Origin: an uncultured Lentisphaeraceae bacterium
GTDB taxonomy: Bacteria; Verrucomicrobiota; Kiritimatiellia; RFP12; DVOR01
Direction of reading: 5' to 3'
NCBI GenBank assembly: GCA_937892925.1
Contig: CALBHX010000032.1
Location: 1,695 to 65,694 of the forward strand
Length of the DNA stretch: 64,000 bases
Position 1 is the first letter of the stretch; every line of letters begins with the position of its first letter. Below, piece by piece: positions 38,200 to 48,317 of this stretch. Under the pieces are notes generated by a model. That model ran no database searches and was not told the origin of the DNA. It was given only the letters and a program-made list of their open reading frames with translations. Made by a program: the position numbers and the translations under genes.

Positions 38200-39243
38200 A
38201 TGGGTACCGTGGTTACATTTGGCGAAATCATGCTTCGCCTGTCCACCCAAGACGGTTCAACCTTAAATACCGCCCATGATCTACAGGTTCATTATGGAGG
38301 TGGGGAAGCCAATGTGGCTGTTGCATTGACACATTTGGGGCATGCCTCCCGTTTTGTTACGCGACTTCCCCCCAACCAGCTCGGTGAAGGGGCTGTTCGG
38401 CATTTGTTAGCCAATGGCGTAGATACATCGCATATTGTGCGTGGAGGTACAAATATTGGGATCTATTTTCTGGAAACCGGCTTTGGTGGGCGCCCATCAA
38501 AAGTCATTTACAACCGCAAGCACTCCGCCTTTTCCCATATCTCGGAACAGGATTTCGATTGGTCAGCCATATTCGAAAATGCTTGCTGGTTTCACATCAG
38601 TGGAATCACGCTCGCTCTAGGCGAGAAAGTACAACGAACCGCGTTCCGTGCCGCAGCAGAAGCAAAAGCACGTGGGATTCCTGTAAGTTTTGACTTCAAC
38701 TACCGTGCCCGTCTGTGGTCACTTGATGCCGCACGTGCCATTTATCCAAAATTCCTATACTACGTTGATGTTGTCTTTGCCCGCCAATGGGATGCGCAAA
38801 TGCTGCTTGATATCGACCCGGAGCCCTCAAGCCCTTACGAACACCGCAAACAAGCAGCCCTTCGGGAATTACTTCAGCGATATCATCTGGCCTTTGTTTT
38901 CGGAACAGAGCGGATCATTCACAGTGCCACCGAAAACAGTCTTTCAGCCTATTACCTTCAATCCAATCATGGAACCAGGCCGATTTATGGAAAAACAAAT
39001 CCGTTACGATTCAACATTTACGACCGAATCGGAGGTGGTGATGCTTTCGCCAGCGGGGTTCTTCATGGGCTTTTAACGAGTCGTTCCGGTGCGGCATTCT
39101 CAGGAAATCCTGATTATGCAATTCGATTTGGTCTCGCCACCTCTGTTCTAAAACACACTATTTCTGGGGATGCCGCCCTATTCTCCTGTGAAGACGTTGA
39201 AGCATTTATGGCTGCAAACGGTTCAGCAGAAGTCGTCCGTTAA
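38200..39243 (+). CDS. PfkB-family sugar kinase (2-dehydro-3-deoxygluconokinase-like)
   Basis: N-terminal VTFGEIMLRLS...GGGEANVA and C-terminal GGGDAFASGVLHGLL anion-hole motif of the ribokinase/PfkB family. Confidence 0.7.
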   Translation: MGTVVTFGEIMLRLSTQDGSTLNTAHDLQVHYGGGEANVAVALTHLGHASRFVTRLPPNQLGEGAVRHLLANGVDTSHIVRGGTNIGIYFLETGFGGRPSKVIYNRKHSAFSHISEQDFDWSAIFENACWFHISGITLALGEKVQRTAFRAAAEAKARGIPVSFDFNYRARLWSLDAARAIYPKFLYYVDVVFARQWDAQMLLDIDPEPSSPYEHRKQAALRELLQRYHLAFVFGTERIIHSATENSLSAYYLQSNHGTRPIYGKTNPLRFNIYDRIGGGDAFASGVLHGLLTSRSGAAFSGNPDYAIRFGLATSVLKHTISGDAALFSCEDVEAFMAANGSAEVVR

Positions 39244-39261
39244 CCCCCTATCGTTCGTTCA

Positions 39262-39759
39262 ATGAAGCGAGGCGCAAAAAAAACAAACGTTGAGCGCATT
39301 TTACAGATGGCTGCCATCCCCTACACAACATATGAATTTGACGGGAAAAATGGGCAGCTTCATGCAGGAGAAATTGCCCGCTCCCTCGGTTTTCCTCCGT
39401 CGCGTGTTTTTAAGACGCTTGTCACCGAAAATGTGCATCACGTTAATGCCGTTTTTGTTATTCCTGCCAATGCGGTTCTCGACCTCAAGAAAGCAGCCCG
39501 GGCAGCCCACGAAAAACAGTTAGCGATGCTCCCTCTCGCCCAACTATTCCCGCTTACTGGTTACCACCATGGTGGGTGTTCTCCCATAGGTATGCGTAAA
39601 CACTTCCCCACTTTTATCGATGTGTCTGCACAAACTCAGCCAACTATCTGTCTCAGTGGTGGCCAAATCGGATTGATGGTGGAAACCGATCCTCTTGCGC
39701 TTGCCAGGCTTATCCCTGCTGTATTTTCAGATCTCTGTCAATCCGGAACAACCCTTTAA
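39262..39759 (+). CDS. YbaK/ProX-type aminoacyl-tRNA deacylase (Cys-tRNA(Pro) deacylase-like)
   Basis: ~165 aa with YbaK-family organisation (…[18 protein letters not shown]… / …VFKTLV… / …GGCSPIG…). Confidence 0.65.
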   Translation: MKRGAKKTNVERILQMAAIPYTTYEFDGKNGQLHAGEIARSLGFPPSRVFKTLVTENVHHVNAVFVIPANAVLDLKKAARAAHEKQLAMLPLAQLFPLTGYHHGGCSPIGMRKHFPTFIDVSAQTQPTICLSGGQIGLMVETDPLALARLIPAVFSDLCQSGTTL

Positions 39760-39770
39760 CAACCTACATT

Positions 39771-41051
39771 ATGACATCCTCCCCTTTTGACACCTTTGAC
39801 CGTGAACACCTGTGGCATCCCTACACCTCATTAATAGCCCCACTCCCGGCTTATAAGGTCGCCCACGCAGAAGGATGTGAACTCATCCTTTCCGATGGTC
39901 GGCGATTAATTGAGGGCATGAGCTCATGGTGGTGTGCCATCCATGGCTACTCACATCCCGTGCTTGTCCACGCAGCAGAAACCCAAGTGCGTAATATGAG
40001 TCATGTCATGTTCGGTGGATTAACCCATGAGCCAGCAATCCAGCTCGGAAAACGACTCCTCCAAATCACTCCACCATCCCTCACCAAAATCTTTTACGCC
40101 GACAGTGGATCCGTTGCTGTAGAAGTGGCTATGAAGATGGCCATTCAGTTTAATCCCCAAAAAACAAACTTCCTCACTATTCGATCCGGCTATCATGGCG
40201 ACACTTGGAACGCCATGAGCGTGTGCGACCCCATTACTGGAATGCACGGGCTCTTTGGCCAAGCTCTTCCTAAACGGTTCTTTGTTCAAGCACCGCAATG
40301 TGTCTTTCATTCGTCCTGGGATGAAACCGATTTTGCCCCCATGGCACATGCCCTTCAATTACACAGGGAAACTCTTGCTGCCGTTATTCTTGAACCTATC
40401 GTTCAAGGTGCCGGCGGAATGCGCTTCTATCACCCCAATTATCTCAAAGCGCTTCGTAAAGCCTGCGATAAAGCTGGCGTTCTGCTCATCTTCGATGAAA
40501 TCGCCACAGGTTTTGGGCGAACCGGAAAGTTGTTCGCCTGGGAACATGCCGGTGTTGAACCCGATATTATGTGTATAGGTAAAGCCCTTACCGGCGGCAT
40601 GATGACCTTTTCCGCCGTTCTAACTTCTGACCGCGTAGCCGAGCGCGTCTGCTCCAGTGAAGCCGGATGTTTCATGCACGGACCAACCTTTATGGGAAAT
40701 CCGCTTGCCTGTGCGGTTGCTCTTGCTTCAACCGATCTGCTTCTATCAAGTCCTTGGGAAACAGCCGTTCACACAATTGAATCCAATCTGAAAAGCGCAT
40801 TAAAACCCGCCGCAAACTTCCCTGCCGTAGCCGACGTCCGTATCCTAGGAGCTATCGGCGTAATCGAGCTGAAGAAGCCTCTTGACATGGCAAAAGCACA
40901 ACGTTTCCTCGTTGAACATGGCATTTGGCTCCGCCCATTCGGCAGACTACTCTACACCATGCCACCGTACATCATCACTCCCGAAGAACTTAAAAAGATC
41001 ACGCATGTGATGCTCCTTATGGCAGAACATGCCGAGACATTCCAGGCATAA
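39771..41051 (+). CDS. bioA: Adenosylmethionine-8-amino-7-oxononanoate aminotransferase
   Basis: [12 protein letters not shown]-terminus, class-III aminotransferase PLP region ...[17 protein letters not shown]..., 426 aa. Confidence 0.8.
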   Translation: MTSSPFDTFDREHLWHPYTSLIAPLPAYKVAHAEGCELILSDGRRLIEGMSSWWCAIHGYSHPVLVHAAETQVRNMSHVMFGGLTHEPAIQLGKRLLQITPPSLTKIFYADSGSVAVEVAMKMAIQFNPQKTNFLTIRSGYHGDTWNAMSVCDPITGMHGLFGQALPKRFFVQAPQCVFHSSWDETDFAPMAHALQLHRETLAAVILEPIVQGAGGMRFYHPNYLKALRKACDKAGVLLIFDEIATGFGRTGKLFAWEHAGVEPDIMCIGKALTGGMMTFSAVLTSDRVAERVCSSEAGCFMHGPTFMGNPLACAVALASTDLLLSSPWETAVHTIESNLKSALKPAANFPAVADVRILGAIGVIELKKPLDMAKAQRFLVEHGIWLRPFGRLLYTMPPYIITPEELKKITHVMLLMAEHAETFQA

Positions 41052-41164
41052 CTTAGATCAGTCATCAAGGTTCGCGCTCATTTCTTCCTATATAATAAAG
41101 ACGCTCTTTCCAAGATCACGTAAGCTCCTCTATCAAACAACAATCACAAACTCCTCACGCCATC

Positions 41165-42622
41165 TCAAGGTACCGGAGCTGCATTGTAAACCCCAACACG
41201 TAAAATTTTTGGATCTGCCCGCGTCTCATCTACAACTAGGCGAACAGCTCGAGCCGTCACCTTCTCCGTAAGCCGTAAAATTCGTTTATACCCAATGGTT
41301 GTCGCCGATGCTATCGTTTTCCACTGGTTTGATTTCGGCTCCAGAATCTCCACGTGAAACCGTTCAACCAATTGCCCCTGTGTGATATCCTCCTGAACCA
41401 TTACCGTATCGAAAGCCGTTGGTACCAAGAATTTGAACATCGTCTGCCCTGGCCTGATCCGCCCCAGCAAATTATTTGAAAACGTTCGCCGAATAACTTC
41501 ACCAAACGCCTTCAACCGCGAGACGTCCGTATCATGCAACCGACCAGAAGGCATAGGAGGAATATTCAGTAACAACACCGCGTTTCGCCCAACAGAACGA
41601 TCATAAATCCGCATCAATTCTGCCACCGACTTCACCTGCTTATTCTGCTCCGGATGATAAAACCAACCCGGACGAATCGACACATCGCACTCTGCTGGGA
41701 ACCAAACCCAATGATCTGCGGCCAGAACTTCCTGCAAGGCTCCCAAAGTCTTAGACGTGGCATCAATCTGCGGCTTAACCACCGCCTGTTTAGCCGCCAT
41801 CTGGGTTATATCCACCTGATCAAAGTGGTAATCCTTAAAATCATCACGTACAGCATCATTATCTAGCGTTTTAGCCGGCACCACACTCCATTCACTTTCC
41901 CGCGCCAATCCCGACTCATTTCCAACCCATCGCACATCCGGGCCTGAAACAGCAATCACACAGTTTGCATTTCTTGCGCGAATTGTGGCATAGAAACGAT
42001 TCCAATCATATATCTGTTGCTTACCATTGGGTCCCTCCCCGCACGCTCCGTCAAACCAAATCTCATCAATCGGTCCATACGCATCAAACAATTCATTCAG
42101 TTGCCCAACAAAAAAATCATTATAGGCCGGCGTCCCATACGTTGATTCATGCCGATCCCAAGGAGACAGATACATGCCAACTTTAATCCCCTCCGCCCGG
42201 CAAGCGTTCACAAACTCTCGGCAGACATCCCCCCGCCCCTTACGCCATGGCGATGCCGCCACACTATGTTTCGTCAATCTACTTGGCCACAGACAAAACC
42301 CATCATGATGTTTTGCTGTCAGAATCGCTAACTTCACTCCAGCAGCCTTTACCGCCCGCACCCACTGTCTGCAATCCAACGCCGTCGGGTTAAACAACGC
42401 CGGGTCTTCCTTTCCATCCCCCCACTCTCGGCCAGTATATGTATTTATGCCGTAATGGAAAAAGGCTGTCATCTCATAGCGTTGCCACGCCACCTGCCGC
42501 GGTGCTGGGCGCACCGCCGCCACACGTGCCAACGTTTCACGCTCCTCAGATGAAAGCGATGAAATCGCGGCCAACGTCATTCCTGTCATCAAAAAAAATA
42601 AACATAACAGAATGTTCTTCAT
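41165..42622 (-). CDS. Secreted alpha-L-fucosidase (GH29)
   Basis: Signal peptide. GH29 blocks ...AILTAKHHDGFCLWPS... and ...PIDEIWFDGA.... 485 aa. Confidence 0.7.
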   Translation of the reverse strand: MKNILLCLFFLMTGMTLAAISSLSSEERETLARVAAVRPAPRQVAWQRYEMTAFFHYGINTYTGREWGDGKEDPALFNPTALDCRQWVRAVKAAGVKLAILTAKHHDGFCLWPSRLTKHSVAASPWRKGRGDVCREFVNACRAEGIKVGMYLSPWDRHESTYGTPAYNDFFVGQLNELFDAYGPIDEIWFDGACGEGPNGKQQIYDWNRFYATIRARNANCVIAVSGPDVRWVGNESGLARESEWSVVPAKTLDNDAVRDDFKDYHFDQVDITQMAAKQAVVKPQIDATSKTLGALQEVLAADHWVWFPAECDVSIRPGWFYHPEQNKQVKSVAELMRIYDRSVGRNAVLLLNIPPMPSGRLHDTDVSRLKAFGEVIRRTFSNNLLGRIRPGQTMFKFLVPTAFDTVMVQEDITQGQLVERFHVEILEPKSNQWKTIASATTIGYKRILRLTEKVTARAVRLVVDETRADPKILRVGVYNAAPVP

Positions 42623-42812
42623 GCCCGCCTATTCTAATCTCTCTCCAATAATTGACAAGATATGCCCTCGATCACCTTGGACATGTATTCCTCTGTATGC
42701 AGCAAGCCTGCTATCTATCTCACGTCCGCACATACAAGCTTCCCCACCCCATCTTTTAACTCTCCCCGAAGACCGTTCTGAACACAGCGCCACACGAACC
42801 GCCCCAACCAAC

Positions 42813-42846
42813 GTTCGCTTAAACTCGCCCAGACGTTTAAGCGAAC
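42813..42846. repeat. Perfect 12-bp inverted repeat (GTTCGCTTAAAC-N10-GTTTAAGCGAAC)
   Basis: Read directly. Arms at 42813-42824 and 42835-42846. Lies in the 310-bp gap downstream of murC-murB and 190 bp upstream of the fucosidase start. Confidence 0.5.
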
Positions 42847-42933
42847 CTACCCCGACTTTTCAATCCAACCCGCGATACAACCAAACGCCGCCTCTCAGTA
42901 TAAAGCCTCTCCCAACACTCTCTACCCAACGCC

Positions 42934-45282
42934 TTAAAAACCCTGAACTTCCGGTTTCAATTCTATACCCTGTGCCGCAGCCACTGCATCTCGCATCCGC
43001 CACATCAGTGCTAACACATCCGATGCTGTACACCCCGCTCCGGCTGCGATCACATTGGCATGTTGCGGAGTTACAAACGCGCCACCGATCCTCCACTGCT
43101 TCGCCCCAAGAGCATCCAATACCGCTCCGGCAGAAAGTCCATCGGGATTCTTGAATAGTGAGCCACAGGTTCTTAAACCTGCCAAATCCACTCGGCAGGC
43201 TTCAAACTCCCTGCGTTTTCTGCGAATAACTTCTGCCGAATCTCTCTGCAATACGAGTTTCACCGAAACAATCGTTCCCTTCGGCAACCCAAATACCCGT
43301 CGATAACCAGGTGTTACTGCCTGTGCGCATACGCGCCGAATTTGCCCATCATCAAGCACCATACGCACCTCGGAAACACACGTCCAGAAAGCCTGCCCGT
43401 GCGCACCAGCATTCATCCATGCCCAACCGCCCACTGTTCCCGGAATTCCCTGCATGAACTCCAATCCAGACAACCCAGCCTGTTCCAGTCGATTCAGAAG
43501 CGCCACACCGGATACTCCAGCCCCAACCGTCACCACTCCCCCTTCTACCATAAACTGCTCAAAAGGTTCTCCTCGAAGTACGCATACCACTCCGGGGAAC
43601 CCCAAATCCGAGAACCATGAATCCGCGCCAGCACCCACCAAGCGAATCGGCACACGATTGACATGGCAGGCGATACTCAATGCCACCAGCTCAGCTATCG
43701 ATTTCGGCTCTATTAGTAATTCCGCTTCACCCCCTACATGATACCAGGAATAGCGTGCTAACGATTGCTCCCTCCTCAACTCAAAGGTAGCCGGAAGCGT
43801 TGTTACCAAACAAGCCACATGCGGATTTTCCCACACTGCCGCCGGCACCACATTGCTCAATGCATGCCCTATTCGCTCCACATCCCCAGCACCCACAATC
43901 AAAACCATATCTCCAATCTGTGCCGTGCGCCGCACATATTGGGCAACCTCTTCCGAAGTTTCTGCCAACAATACCCGTTGAGAAGGATTTGTCTGCCGCA
44001 TGGCTGCATATAATTCGTAGCTTTCACATCCTTTGTCGACTGTTTCACTGGCAGCATAAACTGGCAGCAGTACCACTTCTGACACATTGGAAAGGGCTGC
44101 AACAAATGCCATCAACAACCGTTTTGTTCGCGAATAGCGATGTGGCTGAAAGACCAGCCGCAACCGTTTCGGCTGCTGTAACCGTGCGATCGAAAGCATG
44201 GCAAGAATCTCCGTTGGATGATGTGCATAATCCACCACCACTCTCACCGCGGCATCCTGTTCCGTCATCCATTGAAACCGCCGCCGTGGCAACTCCTGAC
44301 AGGCCTTTGGCAATGCCAACATCAGCGTCTTAATATCTCCCCCTAACAGCATTCCCGCAGCCAGAGCACCCATTGCATTCAGAATATTATGATCGCCCGG
44401 AACAGACAACAGAACATCTCCCAACGCCTTCCCATTATAGGTTAGGCAAAACCGCGATCCATTCGAAGACTGTTCCACCTCTGTTGCCCGCAACATCGCA
44501 TCCGAAGAAAATCCAAATGTCAGAATTGGCCCCTTCTTGAAACCCGCCGCCACACGCATGGCTCGCGGCGCATCCGCACACACGGCGACCCCTTCACGAG
44601 TGTTCGCTACAGCAGAGGCAAAACACTGTTCAATCTCTTCAGCATTATGGAAATGATCCAAATGATCTAATTCAATGTTTGTAATCACCAACACCGCCGG
44701 ATGTTCACATGCTAATGTGCCATCACTCTCATCCGCCTCTGCAACAGCAATCTGATTGGAGTTCAGCGAATCAATCAAAGAAGCATCCCGCGGACCGGCA
44801 CTTGTCAATAAGCGAGAGGTGAATCCGCCCAGACACCACAACGGGTTCTGCCCCGTCAATTGTAATAAGCGTGTAGCAAAACAACTCGTGGTAGTCTTGC
44901 CATGTGTTCCACAGACCGCTACCGACCGAACAACGCTCACCCACCCAGCCAGACATTCACCACGCGAAAGCACCGTCAACCCCTGAGCCCGCGCCAAGGC
45001 CAGTTCTGGTTCATTCGCACGAATCGCCGCACTATAAACCAACGCATCACACTGCGCCAAATGCCCGGAGTCATGCCCCTGAATCACGCGGATTCCATTC
45101 TTTGAAAAAAACTTCTCCAACACCGGCGGAATGTGCTGATCACACCCGGACACCTTCCACCCATACAAATGCAGCATCCACGCCACTCCTGCCGCTCCTG
45201 CGCCACAGATGCCCATCACATGCACACGCCCTGGTTGTCGGGTAAACAGATTCACCCACAGCTGTTGCTCATCCATACTCAC
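42934..45282 (-). CDS. murC-murB: Fused UDP-N-acetylmuramate--L-alanine ligase / UDP-N-acetylenolpyruvoylglucosamine reductase (MurC-MurB)
   Basis: N-terminal Mur ligase (HVMGICGAGAAGVAWML...GTHGKTTTS...). C-terminal ~290 aa MurB FAD-binding and substrate domains (...GSLFKNP..., ...GGAFVTPQHANVIAAG...). Single 782-aa ORF. Confidence 0.8.
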   Translation of the reverse strand: MSMDEQQLWVNLFTRQPGRVHVMGICGAGAAGVAWMLHLYGWKVSGCDQHIPPVLEKFFSKNGIRVIQGHDSGHLAQCDALVYSAAIRANEPELALARAQGLTVLSRGECLAGWVSVVRSVAVCGTHGKTTTSCFATRLLQLTGQNPLWCLGGFTSRLLTSAGPRDASLIDSLNSNQIAVAEADESDGTLACEHPAVLVITNIELDHLDHFHNAEEIEQCFASAVANTREGVAVCADAPRAMRVAAGFKKGPILTFGFSSDAMLRATEVEQSSNGSRFCLTYNGKALGDVLLSVPGDHNILNAMGALAAGMLLGGDIKTLMLALPKACQELPRRRFQWMTEQDAAVRVVVDYAHHPTEILAMLSIARLQQPKRLRLVFQPHRYSRTKRLLMAFVAALSNVSEVVLLPVYAASETVDKGCESYELYAAMRQTNPSQRVLLAETSEEVAQYVRRTAQIGDMVLIVGAGDVERIGHALSNVVPAAVWENPHVACLVTTLPATFELRREQSLARYSWYHVGGEAELLIEPKSIAELVALSIACHVNRVPIRLVGAGADSWFSDLGFPGVVCVLRGEPFEQFMVEGGVVTVGAGVSGVALLNRLEQAGLSGLEFMQGIPGTVGGWAWMNAGAHGQAFWTCVSEVRMVLDDGQIRRVCAQAVTPGYRRVFGLPKGTIVSVKLVLQRDSAEVIRRKRREFEACRVDLAGLRTCGSLFKNPDGLSAGAVLDALGAKQWRIGGAFVTPQHANVIAAGAGCTASDVLALMWRMRDAVAAAQGIELKPEVQGF

Positions 45283-45599
45283 ACCCCATCTTCCGCTTCT
45301 GTCTGTTCAAGCACCTCAAGCCAAAATGGCCCATGCCCGGCTACACACACATCGTGCGCACGCTGTAATGCAGTCTCCAACTGCTCTTGCCGAACTCTTG
45401 CCCCACGTATCCGAAATGCAGGTGCAAAATCCACCAAACAGGGATTAGCAAACGCCAACGGCAACGGTACCCCATTGGCAAATCCATTGTTACGAATCAC
45501 AAAAACCTCAGGAGCATGCGCTAAAGCCGCATAATTCAGGCGCCCCCAAAAACCCGGCTGAAGGAGATCTCCCGGAACAAGTTCTGTGATCTTAACCAT
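45279..45599 (-). CDS. Small ORF (106 aa) resembling only the extreme C-terminal part of a thiamine-diphosphate enzyme (TPP_enzyme_C-like). Possible remnant or minimal protein.
   Basis: ...VFVIRNNGF...GPFWLEV... resembles the end of sulfopyruvate/phosphonopyruvate decarboxylase or acetolactate-synthase TPP domains but lacks the GDG TPP-binding motif. The ATG is 3 nt after the yicC stop and its stop overlaps the murC-murB start (ATGA). Confidence 0.3.
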   Translation of the reverse strand: MVKITELVPGDLLQPGFWGRLNYAALAHAPEVFVIRNNGFANGVPLPLAFANPCLVDFAPAFRIRGARVRQEQLETALQRAHDVCVAGHGPFWLEVLEQTEAEDGV

Positions 45600-45602
45600 C
45601 TC

Positions 45603-46469
45603 TTACTCCAAGTTCTGAACCTGCTCGCGCACCGTCTCAAGTAATGTCTTAAATGCAATCACTTGCCTAGAAATCTCGTTGGAAGCGCATTTAGAACCTG
45701 TCGTGTTGATCTCTCTAAAGAACTCCTGACACAAAAAGTCCAACGGCCTACCACAAGGTGTTTCTCCAGAAAGCAAGGTCTCCGCATGCTCGAAATGCGC
45801 CTCCAATCGAGTCAACTCCTCCGAAATATCACACCTATCGGCAAACAGAGCCACTTCTCGCTCCAACAGTCCATTATCCATTGCCACCCGTTCCGAAAGC
45901 AATTCAGCAATCCGTTTACGTAAGGTCTCGCGATACAAACCCGGTAATATGGGCGCAATCGCACAAATCGAACTATAAATCGTACGAAGTTCCCGAAATC
46001 GCGCCCTCAGATCCTCAGCGATTCGTACCCCTTCATGTTCACGCATCTGTTGCAAGTGCACCAACGCCTCATGCATAGCAGTCTCCACCAACCGCCACAT
46101 TTCTTCCGTTGGAGGCGGAACTTCCGGTTCCTCTCCAGCTCCGGAGAGTGCCACCAAATCAGAAAATGTCGCATTAGCCGGTACACCAAGACTTCTTGCC
46201 ACCGTCTGTAACTGAGCAAACCGAGACACTACTCCCGACATTCCATCTGAAACTGAACACACTTGCACCGAAATCGAACATTTCACCGCACCCCGAACTA
46301 GAGTACGCTTCAATACACCCAATACACGAGGCTCAAACATCATCCACTCGCGTGGTAACCAGATCGAAGCATCCAATTGCTTCCGATTAACGGACGACAA
46401 TTCAACCGTTACAGTCCCGATTTCATTCTTTGCGGAACCACGCCCAAAACCTGTCATTGACTTCACCAT
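45603..46469 (-). CDS. yicC: YicC-family stress-induced protein
   Basis: N-terminus MVKSMTGFGRG and the family's conserved C-terminal helical region ending ...QVQNLE. Confidence 0.8.
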   Translation of the reverse strand: MVKSMTGFGRGSAKNEIGTVTVELSSVNRKQLDASIWLPREWMMFEPRVLGVLKRTLVRGAVKCSISVQVCSVSDGMSGVVSRFAQLQTVARSLGVPANATFSDLVALSGAGEEPEVPPPTEEMWRLVETAMHEALVHLQQMREHEGVRIAEDLRARFRELRTIYSSICAIAPILPGLYRETLRKRIAELLSERVAMDNGLLEREVALFADRCDISEELTRLEAHFEHAETLLSGETPCGRPLDFLCQEFFREINTTGSKCASNEISRQVIAFKTLLETVREQVQNLE

Positions 46470-46646
46470 CATGCCGCTTATTTTAGCAAATCCAGACAAG
46501 ACATCCTCCTAGGATGATGATTCCCTGCCCCAAGAAAATCAAACCGTAAAAAAGACTTGCACCAACACCCTACGCATGATATCATATCCCTGTTTTTAGA
46601 CATCTCCTACACACAGACACAACCCCACCCAATAAGATATAACCTC

Positions 46647-46680
46647 CCGGCCGGATGTAACCATCCGGCCGGATTTTTGA
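46647..46680. terminator. Strong hairpin (11-bp perfect stem CCGGCCGGATG/CATCCGGCCGG, 4-nt loop) followed by T5 on the + strand. Probably a bidirectional terminator ending the 46742-47785 gene.
   Basis: Read directly: stem 46647-46657 / 46662-46672, then ATTTTTGA. On the minus strand it is followed by a moderately U-rich tract. Confidence 0.45.
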
Positions 46681-46741
46681 TATCCAATCCATATTTCAGG
46701 AATAACAAAAAAGGAACACAATCCAGTATTCCATTGAAACA

Positions 46742-47785
46742 TCAAGCATTCAGCAACGTCTCGCCTGAAATGCCCCGCCCACGCAGTAACATTACTTCTC
46801 GTGCTGAAACAACCGCCTGTTCTGCCTCTATCGCTGTAGCTTCTGCATGCGCAAACTTAATTTTATCCGCAACCATGAGAAAATCTGCAAGCGCTCTCCG
46901 ATCCTCCACAGAAAAACGGACGTCCTGCGTTAACGCAGCCAAAAACTCCTCCGAAGTCTGACGCGTGGCGCGCAAGTGATAACGGCGCTCAAAATAACGA
47001 CGAACAACTCCCGTCAACCCCGTATAAAAACGATCAAATGCTCCTTGCGCGATCCAACCACGCTCCAATAGACGCGCCAACTCCTCCTCTGCTCGAGCCT
47101 CAGGAGAAAGCATCCGCTCATGCAACGTCCGGCGAATCCTGTGCACTATCCACCACAACCCAGCCAAAAGGCATAACCCTCCAGCAGCGAGAAGCCCCCA
47201 CATGCTCAGCGTCTGCCACCCCGGCGGCACCCATTCCGGCGTTAATTCACATTCCGGCGCACCTTCTGCTTCTGGCAATGATTGCGGTACAGGGAGCTTA
47301 ACCGCCTGCGTAACAACTGTTTGTTCCTGGCCGGTCTGCCCTTTGACGAAACAGACAGCAAAAGGCAATAACCGCCAAGGTCCCAGACCCGAAGGCGTCA
47401 GCCGAATTCGCCAAACACCCTGTGTCCTGCCATCAACGAATTCCTGTTCCGCCTCAAAGTCCTCGACATGCGAGAACCCTCGAAAGCGCCCCCGCAAATC
47501 TGTCAAGCGGAAGCTCCCCTCTCCAGGCGCGGAAAGCGTCAATGTTGCCACCAGAGGCTTGTCATAACTCACTGCGGAAACAGGCGAATCAAATGTAGCA
47601 GTAATCGTTCCATCCGCAGGAAGCAGCGGCAAGGAAAACCCATAACAGACCTTAACCAGAATCAGTCCGACTAAGACAACAATCGTTCGGCCGACATATT
47701 GAGAATGGCCACACGTCCGCTTCACGTCCAACCGCTTCCTATTTCGGTTACACCAATCCCAGACGACGTCTGGTTTTCGCCTCAA
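46742..47785 (-). CDS. Hypothetical two-TM membrane protein (extracytoplasmic Ig-like region plus a cytoplasmic helical C-terminal domain). The start is uncertain because the ORF overlaps the def stop by 38 bp.
   Basis: Hydrophobic segments VVLVGLILVKVCYGF and LLAAGGLCLLAGLWWIV. C-terminal ...YTGLTGVVRRYFERRYHLRATRQTSEEFLAAL... is reminiscent of DUF4129/DUF4381-type domains, but I cannot confirm the family. Confidence 0.35.
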   Translation of the reverse strand: MRRKPDVVWDWCNRNRKRLDVKRTCGHSQYVGRTIVVLVGLILVKVCYGFSLPLLPADGTITATFDSPVSAVSYDKPLVATLTLSAPGEGSFRLTDLRGRFRGFSHVEDFEAEQEFVDGRTQGVWRIRLTPSGLGPWRLLPFAVCFVKGQTGQEQTVVTQAVKLPVPQSLPEAEGAPECELTPEWVPPGWQTLSMWGLLAAGGLCLLAGLWWIVHRIRRTLHERMLSPEARAEEELARLLERGWIAQGAFDRFYTGLTGVVRRYFERRYHLRATRQTSEEFLAALTQDVRFSVEDRRALADFLMVADKIKFAHAEATAIEAEQAVVSAREVMLLRGRGISGETLLNA

Positions 47786-48317
47786 GTTTTGTCAACTTTG
47801 ACTCGATAGCTGAACGATCCAAAACATTATCAATAAAGACTCCGCCATCTAGATGTTCCAGTTCATGCTGAACGGCACGGGCCAGCAAACCATAAGCGGT
47901 ATACGTTCGATGCTGCCCAGTAGGATCCACAAAAGAAAAACAAACCTTATTTGCCCGCGTAACCGAAGCATGAATCGAGGGGAAAGATAGACACCCCTCC
48001 TCATCGGTCTGTTCACCCTCGCGCGAAAGAATTTCCGGATTAAATAAAATCAGCGGCATGGGAATCGCGGCATTAACTGCCGCGTATTCTTCCTTCTCCG
48101 CATCTTCCGGAACATCGATCACACACAGACGTTCATGGCGCCCGATCTGCGGCGCAGCGAGCCCCACACCATTTGCGTGATACATCGTCTCCAACATATC
48201 CACCGCGAGCTGCCGCAACGCCGCGTCTATTATTGCCACAGCCTTACAGGGCTGCCGGAGAGAAGGATCTCCCCAGTGGCACATCGTCAATGGTCCAATG
48301 ACTCTAGCCATTGTCAC
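47748..48317 (-). CDS. def: Peptide deformylase
   Basis: Three Def motifs GVGLAAPQIG, EEGCLSFP and HELEHLDG. Confidence 0.85.
   Translation of the reverse strand: MTMARVIGPLTMCHWGDPSLRQPCKAVAIIDAALRQLAVDMLETMYHANGVGLAAPQIGRHERLCVIDVPEDAEKEEYAAVNAAIPMPLILFNPEILSREGEQTDEEGCLSFPSIHASVTRANKVCFSFVDPTGQHRTYTAYGLLARAVQHELEHLDGGVFIDNVLDRSAIESKLTKLEAKTRRRLGLV

Noticed and set aside
46557-46961. 134-aa plus-strand ORF spanning the yicC-upstream gap
   Set aside because: It runs across the strong terminator hairpin at 46647-46672 and into the antisense of the 46742-47785 gene. I treat it as non-coding.
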